Of a stretch of 64,000 nucleotides of DNA, positions 55,090-64,000 are shown piece after piece. The notes beneath the pieces are model-generated. The model searched no databases. It saw only the letters and a list, made by a program, of their open reading frames with translations, and was not told where the DNA came from. The position numbers and the translations under genes were made by a program. Source of the stretch: Eledone cirrhosa (taxonomy: Eukaryota); assembly GCA_964016885.1 (NCBI GenBank), contig OZ024755.1, positions 28,706,001-28,770,000 of the forward strand, in the 5' to 3' direction. Within the stretch, counting starts at the first letter, position 1, and each line of letters begins with the position of its first letter.

Positions 55090-55181
55090 TTCTCGATTAC
55101 ACAGTCTATATTTATACAGATATAACTTTATCATACTCTTCGACTGCTAGCGCAGTTCTTACTATGTATATATATATATAT

Positions 55182-55357
55182 AATGGCGTAGGCATCAGAA
55201 TACAACGGGTGTAAACATAAAAGTACCACTGATGATGTCGTAGATGTGTTACGAAAGAACTTTAATAGACTATATATATATATATAAATATATATATATA
55301 TTGTTATAGGTAGTCCATTTAGATGTAGTCCAGTCAAGGTGCTCCGAGAAGTGGATT

Positions 55358-55392
<35 letters not shown>

Positions 55393-55566
55393 TTATATCT
55401 GTATTGTTAACCGTTGGTAAATCAATGATAAACATTGATTGCCAAATAAATTATCTATGGAGATATAAAAGATACAGAAGCGAAAACCAACCCAAACCAA
55501 ACAGTGTTTGTGTACTGTTATTATTTCTGACAATATTATAACAATATGACCCTCTCCAAGTATAAC
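55182..55566 (+). mobile_element. Diverged pLTR of the intact PLE's lineage
   Basis: AATGGCGTAG, CCACTGATGATGTCGTAGATGTGTTACGAAAGA, GAAGCGAAAACCAAC and ATGACCCTCTCCAAGTATAAC occur in the same order as in 28436-28733. It is interrupted by TA-flanked sequence. Confidence 0.8.
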
Positions 55567-55977
55567 GATGCGGATTTTTACTAATTTAAATTATTCTCGT
55601 GATAGAGATTGATTTCACTTTATCTGTTGGCATAAATATTTTCTCGTCACAATTTTCACTAGGACTATTATTTATTACAATCCAAGTTTTACATAGAAGT
55701 ATCTCTCCACAAAATATATAGCGAACTTATCAACTTTATCAGTAACGTCATATGTTTCTGTCCAACATTCTTGAAAATTTCGTCAACATCCTTTTAATAA
55801 TTTATTATCACATTTTATTTATACTTTTCCTTTCTTTTTTTTATGATTGATAACATAATATTCTCCAGAAAATTAGGAAAGAACTGTAAAATATTAAATT
55901 TAATATCATGCCATTGTCATATAATATTTGGATGCGCAAGTGACCAATTATTAATTTCTTAATTCGATAATCTTTAA

Positions 55978-56189
55978 CCCTTTAGCATTCACAATACTCT
56001 GTAGTTACTATTATATTTTCACAGTAAATAAAGGCTTTATCACACATAATATCGAATCTATGAGATTTTGATATTATTTATTTTGAGAACACTATCTTAA
56101 CATCAGTATGAGTGGCCGGTTACAGCTAGTTTGACCAGAAAGAGGTGAGAGAATCCTGGCTGGTTACAGCCGGTTTAAATGCTAAAGGA
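55978..56189. mobile_element. piggyBac-like MITE
   Basis: TTAA|CCCTTTAGCATT ... AATGCTAAAGGA|TTAA: 12-bp TIRs with one mismatch and a TTAA duplication. Confidence 0.8.
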
Positions 56190-57343
56190 TTAAGCAGTAA
56201 GAAGTGGTGTATTATTAGACATCATTGAAAAACAATTTTATACTACGTTAAACGTTTAAAATTATATGAGAAATTTAGCAAATTCTTCAATATGAAACAA
56301 CAGTAAGTAGTCATTTTTTTTTCAAATTCCAACGTGTACTACCTAATAAAATGCAATAAGTCAGTAGTAGTAGTCACGTATATATTTGTCAATGATGGTG
56401 TCGATAATTCAGATTGGGTGTTGAGTTCAACAGCAACAGACAATTTCTATTTTGCTGTCATATGTGTAGTGTTTTAGACGATTTTAAGTGTCTGATTTTA
56501 TTTCGACCTGTTTCTTGAATCTGTTGTATATATTTGTATGTCTGTGTTTCATGTGGTCCATTGTTATGGTCTAGATTCTTTAAGTCACAGAACGTTTCCG
56601 TAAGTGGAAATTTCCTCTATCGTTTATGTTTTCACTGATTAAACACAATATAATATTTAAACCAATAAAGGAAAGCAAATATAACACTGGAATTTGAGAT
56701 ATATTGAGTACTTTATTTTACCGTGATCGAACGAAGTGATTGTGTGCTTTTATACTCATGTGGGTTAATAATTTAAAATCGATAGAATTTCCAGAGTCTA
56801 AAGGCAGGCAGTAGACAGTATTTGGTATCTATTAGTAACATAAACCTTTCACACGTAAAAAACTAAGATAGGCACGTCGTAAGAAGAAGCAAGAAGTAAC
56901 AAGAAAATTAATAATTAGAATTTCCCTGAAGAAATAATTTTTTTGCGTTTTTATTTTTATCTCTCTCTATTTTCCGTTGTTCATGTGGATTATCAGCATT
57001 AAAAGAAAACACAAAGGAAATTAAATAATATAAAATAGAAAAGAACAGTAAATTTAAAAGATGTCTTTGAAATTTCACGCTATGAACACTTTTCAGCTAT
57101 AATTCCTAAAACATTAAAGGGATTTAAAAGACCGCAGCTATTTACTCTTACACACTGATATAAAGACGGTATTTTCACGCCAATACAAAAATGTTCTTGT
57201 TATCTTGTTTCATAATTACTGCGCCATTTGTAATGTTTATTATTTTTATTGATGATGTTGTTGCTGTCTCTATGTCTTATTTGAGTAGCAAATATTTTAA
57301 TTAGTTTATACAATTATGCTTTCGGCTTTTATGTTTTGTCTTT

Positions 57344-57374
<31 letters not shown>

Positions 57375-57378
<4 letters not shown>

Positions 57379-57564
57379 AACCAGTAAGACCCCGACGGCT
57401 GAGCTCAAGCCGTTTCGACGGCTAATTCAGTCCAGAATTAGTCGTCGAAACGGCTTGAGCTCAGCCGTCGGGGTCTTACTGGTTCCTATTACCCACTCTA
57501 CTACCCTAAGTATTGAGTACTTTGGTGCGTTATGGTCCACCTGGTTCCTTACCACATTTCCTTC

Positions 57565-57570
<6 letters not shown>
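57375..57570 (+). mobile_element. Fold-back module (GACCCCGACGGC family), best-preserved copy
   Basis: Arms 57375-57428 and 57435-57488 with a 6-nt spacer, then a ~80-nt tail; (TA)n on both sides. Confidence 0.8.
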
Positions 57571-57643
<73 letters not shown>

Positions 57644-58174
57644 GTGTGTATGATTGTGTATAGAAGATTATATTAATAAAAGGAATTCCAACTTTGTCTG
57701 ATTTACTTGTTTTATTTACAATCCTTTAAAATTATAATGATATTATAATGATGGTAGAATGTTAAATGTTAATTGAACAAGTACTTTCATGCTTTCGCAA
57801 TCTTCAGGTTCATATTCAATGGTGACAGTCAAGTTTGCAATTTTCAACTGTAACGAGATGGCTAAAATCTGTGCCTATATACAGTAAAAAGGGGCTACAG
57901 AATGCTAATGTGTGGTTTCACTAGATTACTAAAGCTGATTGGTTTAGGCGTCACGGTTGGCTGAGCATGTCTAACGACTTCTAATTGACTCTATCCAAAG
58001 CATCAATTGTTTTGCTATTTTTAGAAATGATGAAAATAGCATTTTCTCGGGTTTTTATAAAAAAATCTTCAGTAATCATCAACATCAACATCACTTTTAT
58101 TATTATTATTATTGTTGTTGTTGTTGTTAGTGGTGGTAGTCGACATGGTCGTAGGCGTAGTCATAGTAGCATTA

Positions 58175-59029
58175 TTATTGTTCGTTAGGCTTGGGTTGGA
58201 ATTTACCAATACAATTCTCTTCTTTAATTGTTCTCATGATTTCACTTGGGCTGTGTAGTTTGTAGAATGGAAATATTATAAATATTTTCTGACCACCTCT
58301 TGCTATATGTTTACTCAGGGGTATCTGACGGACATTTGGGTCTCTGATTTGCTGTCGGTGCACCCGTGCACATTCCGATGGTGCATTTCCAGTTTGACCG
58401 ACATATAGTTCTTCATAATTCGGGCATTTAATGCAGTAAATTAGATTTCTGCTTTTGCATTTCGTATTTGCATTTGGGAATATTTTTCGAGTTTTCGTGT
58501 TCACATATTGACCAGTATGTATGAACTGACATGTGCCACATCGACTATCATTGCATTTAGATACAGTGAATGATTGGTCTTTGTTGTTAAGATCAAACTT
58601 TGCCTTTGTTAGTAATTGCTTCAAATTTTGGGGCTGTCTTTTACTAAGAATCAAAGCTCGGTCTGTGATTAAACCTTTTAATTCATTACTTTGAGCAATG
58701 ATCGGTAGGTTTGCTTTGGCAGTGTTGAAGATATTCTGGTGACATGGGTTATGTGTCATTATAAATGGTGTGACCAGTCCTTGGTTTCTTCTTCCTTGGG
58801 TTGTCCTAAATTGTTGTATAGGTATTTTTATAGCCCGCTGTATGCCATTTTCTATAAGTAGAGATGGGTATTTTTGTTTGAGCAAAAATTCTCTCAGTTC
58901 TGTTAGGCGTTTGTTCCTGGTATTCGTATCTTCTACAATGGTACAAATTGTTTTGGCTAGGTAGTATGGGATGTTGCGTTTTGTATGAGGTGGATGGCAC
59001 GGCTTAAAATTCAGATACTGATGGGTCTC

Positions 59030-59030
<1 letters not shown>
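58175..59030 (-). pseudogene. 5'-truncated Neptune-like PLE (RT thumb, Cys linker, GIY-YIG)
   Basis: Translates THQYLNFKPCHPPHTKRNIPY..., KCNDSRCGTC and NLIYCIKC...LYVGQTG...RVHRQQI. The N-terminus given in the ORF track is microsatellite read-through. Confidence 0.9.
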
Positions 59031-59088
<58 letters not shown>

Positions 59089-59098
59089 TTTTATATTT

Positions 59099-59140
<42 letters not shown>

Positions 59141-59142
<2 letters not shown>

Positions 59143-59420
59143 TGGTAAACGGAATAGAAAATGCTGACAAATTGTTCACAGTTGAAAAATGGTTTAATTA
59201 GGAATAAAAGAGTATTAGTAATTGTATGGGTTAGTACTCAGTTGTGGCTTTAAGTTTTTAAGTTTTTAAAAACTTAAAACCACAACTGAATACTAACCCA
59301 TACAATTACTAATACTCTTTTATTCCTAATTAAACCATTTTTCAACTGTGAACAATTTGTCAGCATTTTCTATTCCGTTTACCAATATATAATAACTTGT
59401 GTGTTACACCTCTATTTTTT

Positions 59421-59425
<5 letters not shown>
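59141..59425 (+). mobile_element. Fold-back module with ~120-bp arms
   Basis: 59141-59260 is the rc of 59268-59386, followed by a ~35-nt tail to (TA)n. Confidence 0.8.
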
Positions 59426-59510
<85 letters not shown>

Positions 59511-59514
<4 letters not shown>

Positions 59515-60725
59515 AGGAATTGCGAGCATGGTGTTTACATCCGATATCGAACCTCAGGCAGCATATTTAACATCAGGCGCTTTGCTGCAAAGACAAAAGT
59601 ATTTACATGAATCATAAGAGACCTCTTGTATGCAGGTGATTGCGACCTTGTAGCGCACATAGAGAGTGATATGCAGCACATTTTGAATGCATTTTCTGAC
59701 GCTTGCACTGCCCTAGGATTGACTGTCAGTCTCAAGAAAACCGTCGTCATGTACCATCCTGCCCCTGGTAAGCAGTACACTGAACCAAATATCTATGTGT
59801 ATGGTAAACGACTTGGAGTGGTTGATCAGTTTGTCTACCTAGGAAGCACTGTCAATCGATACAGCAACCTTGACAGTGAAATCTCACTTAGGATTAGGAA
59901 AGCAAGTGATGCTTTCGGAAAGCTAGAAAAGCGACTATGGGGTCGGCGAGACATATGCAGGAGGACAAAGGTAAAGGTGTATAAGGAATGTGGGCTCTCT
60001 TGTCTTATTTATGCCTGCGAGACCTGGGTCACATATCGATACCACCTTAAGCAATTGGAGCGTTTCCATCAGATGTGTCTCAGACGGATCCATGGCGTTC
60101 ACTGTAGGGACCAGATCAGTGATGTCGAGATTTTGGAAAACTCTATCTGTGACAGTATAGAAGCTCTTGTGCTTAAGCAACGACTCCGTTGGAGTGGTCA
60201 CCTTGCCAGGATGAAGGATTCTAGAATACCAAAACAACTCTTTTATGGAGAGTTGGTTAAAGGAAAACGACCGCCACATAAACCAAAAAAGAGGTATAAG
60301 GATTCCTTGAAAGCCTCTTTGAAAGACGCTAACATCTCTGCTGATACATGAGAAAATATTGCTGCTGATCGTAATAAATGGAGAAAGACTGTATATGAGG
60401 GAAATGTTGCCTTTGAGGCATCTCGAATCGCATACGAGAAAGTAAAGCGGGATGTGAAGAAGGGCATTGCTGTTGCACTTCCAGACGGCGAGGGTCCTCC
60501 TATGGTGCTGACATGCAGCGTCTGTGCGAGACTCTGCCTAAGTAAAGCTGGACTCGAAAGTCATCTTCACAGTCATGTGTGCAGTTCTGTTCGCATGCCA
60601 ACACAAGAGCAGGAATGAAGTGTTCATTTACTGACATGGCTATAAAATTGAGGCTTGTTGGCATAATTACAAACGAATCGAATGTTATTATTAATATTCG
60701 AAAAACTCAGATTACCTTTACTATG
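59511..60725 (+). pseudogene. 5'-truncated RTE-clade LINE
   Basis: Translates IRYRTSGSIFNIRRF, LLYAGD, FVYLGSTV, LIYACETW, RLRWSGHLARMKDSRIPKQLFYGEL and C-terminal CSVCARLCLSKAGLESHLHSH. In-frame stops at ~59608 and 60349. Confidence 0.92.
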
Positions 60726-60773
60726 TAGATGTTTATATATTTATATATTTATTTATATATTTACTTATATATT

Positions 60774-60804
<31 letters not shown>

Positions 60805-62184
60805 TTACATATATATATATACTATCCAGTGAATTTCCAACCGATAAGGTATGATTTTTATGGGTACGTCTATATTTATAAAACAAACTTTGTATTTTAT
60901 CTGATGAAAGCGTACCAATGTTATCTTGGTTGTCCTTGAAATATATATAATAAAATAAATATGGTTTTATATAGTTTCCATGTATTTAATATCATTGTAT
61001 ATATATACATATATATATATATATTATTATTATTATTATTATTATTATTTAAATAGTCATGAGAATATAAACGATCATATCTACTATTAAATAAACTAGA
61101 TAAAGTATATTTGAAGATTAAGCCGTTAAAATATGTATTTAATAAATCATTTCATATAAATACGTATATACGTCAAAGTAATTCTAATCTCATACTTTTA
61201 CACACATACACACACACACACACACATATATACAGACACATGTGATGTTTAAACCACGTATATATGTAAATATTATCGGGTTTCTTGTTGCTGTGACAAT
61301 ATTGTGTTTAAATATAGTCCATGATTGAATTAAATGTCTATATTTGTATGCGAAGTCAAATCCTTTATAGAAATATCTATGCAGTTTGAATGTAGAATGA
61401 ATGGTTTGAAATTAGAATATTTGGTCTGAAGCGCTAAATATTAAAAGTTAATGACAAATGTCATGGGCTGCTTTGAGAGAAGGAGGAAGAAATGTAAAAG
61501 AACAGCGAAGATAAGATTTTTTAAAATTCTTTGACGTTGAATAATTAATCAATTTTATCTAGATTCATAAAGACATGCGTAAAGGGCATTCTATTTTCGA
61601 AATAACGTGTTTTATAAACAATTTTGTGCAATGTTAATATTCCTTAGCTTCTTGTTTCTATGTTTCTCTTTGATCGTTGTTTTTCTCGTTGCTCCATATA
61701 TTTCTCTTTTGTCAACTTTCTATCGCTGGGGCGGTGGATCTAGGTTGGGGACAGGAGGGCTATGGTAGCCCCAATAATTATATTTTTCTCCCCAAACTAC
61801 CAAAATACACATGTATTTGTATATGCGCTACAATTTATGTACATGTTATGTTTGTCGCATGTTACGTTTTCCGACCATTTTAAGAGTGCAGAGTGCTAAT
61901 CTAATTACTACAACTAAATTGAGCAAATTTGTCCCCCACCTCAGATATGCTTCCCCCTCCCTGGTATCACCTCGTCTTCATTTAAAATAGTTTTCAAATC
62001 CATATCTCTCCTCCATTTTAATAAATTCATTCTGATGATTAAAGGCAGACGTAAGTCTCAGGCTCGTCTGTCTTCGTGAAACCTTTGGTAAATGTAATAA
62101 TTATCTTATGTTGTTTATTACATAACTAAAATGCTATGCAGCCTACATAGAGCACTCTCTTTTCCTTTACTTTCCTATGGAAAT

Positions 62185-62259
<75 letters not shown>

Positions 62260-62611
62260 CTCTTTTACTCTCTCACCTGTTCCAGCCATCCGGCTGATTT
62301 GGGCCAGTATTGGCCCAGGCTATTTCCAACTTAATAGCAGCACCTGAAGATGAAAGAAAATTGCCTCAACACTTAATTGAAATCTTTAATTTTCAGTTTT
62401 TAATTCCTATTAATTCTTTTTAATTGTAATACTCAACATTTGATAAGATGGATTTTACTAATACACCGAAACCGGTTATACTTTATAAAACTCTTTTTTA
62501 AAAGAATTGTACCCCTCAAATTTTCAATAATGTCACTTTGACGAATAAAAGAATGAAAAGAAAAAAGATAAATAGACCCTTAAATATAGTTCCCGTGCTA
62601 TTTCCAATTTC

Positions 62612-62729
<118 letters not shown>

Positions 62730-64000
62730 TAGCAACTATAGCAACATGGAGATATTTCATGTGAAATACAAACGCCATTTAAAACATTATGTCTAGAAAC
62801 AAACAACTATATACTCATTCGAATTACGGACTCGAATGTATGGATACGCTGAGTAAGTTATTAGAATCAGGCACATTTCTTTTACTGACTTTGTCTATCT
62901 CACGATCCACTTTAAGTGGCCAATCATCTTTCTTGAAAAGGCATCCGGTTATACCGCAATCCACACCAGAATGGTTACGTTGGAAATATAGTCATATCTA
63001 AACTATGTCTGCAATAGATAAATAATTATTTCACACATGACGTTAACAGCTGGAATTTATTTGCACATAGTTCTGCGAAATAGTAATCTACCTGGGGCCT
63101 ATAAATGTCAAACGCACTACCATGACACGGACATCGCTTCTACGAACATGCTAGTTATTGAGTTATTTCTTCGTACTTGCATTATTGATACTAACCAAGC
63201 TATGAATAGATTGATTGATTCTCAAATCCTCAGTACAAATTCAAACCCAATTGTATAGAATTGCACCAGCTTGAAAATAAACGACATCCATTTAATAATA
63301 CAGGAGTTTTGGGCTGGAAGAACACCCAGACACTTAGGGCGATCGTGTACAATAACATGCAGAAATTCGTGGGAAATTATGGCATGTTGTAAACACCAAA
63401 TAGCCCGAAAATCTAGGTGAACTCAACGTACACAGTTAATTCAAAATTGCTTTTGTTTTTGATTTTGCTTTATTATAATATTTTCTTATCTTTCGCTTAC
63501 CCCTAAAATATTTTCTATACTATTTTCTGTGTTGGTATTAAATGTTATTCTGGCATACTGAAGCTATCTTATTAAAATATTCAGATTAACTTCACTGAAA
63601 ATATGCAGCCTACACATATGCAGGCAGATTTATATATTCGAGTAGTTGAGTGTAAATGACAACATATTTTCTAAATACTTTTGTGTGTTGGATATAATAT
63701 CGTAGGTCATCTAGTTTAAATGTTAAACGTGTTGACCTAGAAGATTTCCCTTCCGGGTTCGTTGAAACTAAACCCCAGTCATTTACTAGTTGACTAAGTA
63801 GTGTAACAAAAAAAAAAGAAATATGAATGCTGACAATCCCATCCTCCAAGAGATCAACGAAATTAAGAATCTCACAATCATCTCCAGAAACACACTGTTG
63901 GCATTACAACATGACATACATTTACATGTATATCATAATCTAATACACACTCCATTTTCGGTACAGGTTATTAGGCATGTACATGGAAACTCGTCGAAAA

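Noticed and set aside
63050-64000. Possible ancient LINE RT on the minus strand
   Set aside because: Only vague motif resemblance; it cannot be supported without a profile search.

Overview
AT-rich, repeat-dominated eukaryotic DNA, probably intronic or intergenic. The (TA)n/(CA)n density and the SINE/LINE tails suggest an invertebrate such as an octopod cephalopod; this is inference. No host gene is confidently visible, and almost all ORF-track entries are microsatellite translations ([12 protein letters not shown]). The one intact gene is a 1212-aa Penelope-like retroelement (PLE) ORF at 28713-32351, with RT, a Cys linker, a C-terminal GIY-YIG endonuclease and an in-frame Asn-rich block. It lies in a young element (27517-32922) inserted in (TA)n, with ~1.18-kb near-identical terminal direct repeats, an inverted 5' piece and a minimal hammerhead-like motif. 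About a dozen short 'inverted arm + sense arm + fixed tail' modules from at least six sequence families also sit in (TA)n tracts, several with complete or half hammerhead motifs; two clearly derive from the intact PLE's lineage. The rest comprises ~15 tRNA-derived SINE copies, five copies of an RTE-derived non-autonomous element, RTE/CR1/L1/R4-type LINE fragments, a TTAA-flanked MITE, Helitron-like elements, tandem repeats and a 200-N gap. All coordinates were read by eye and may be off by a few bases.
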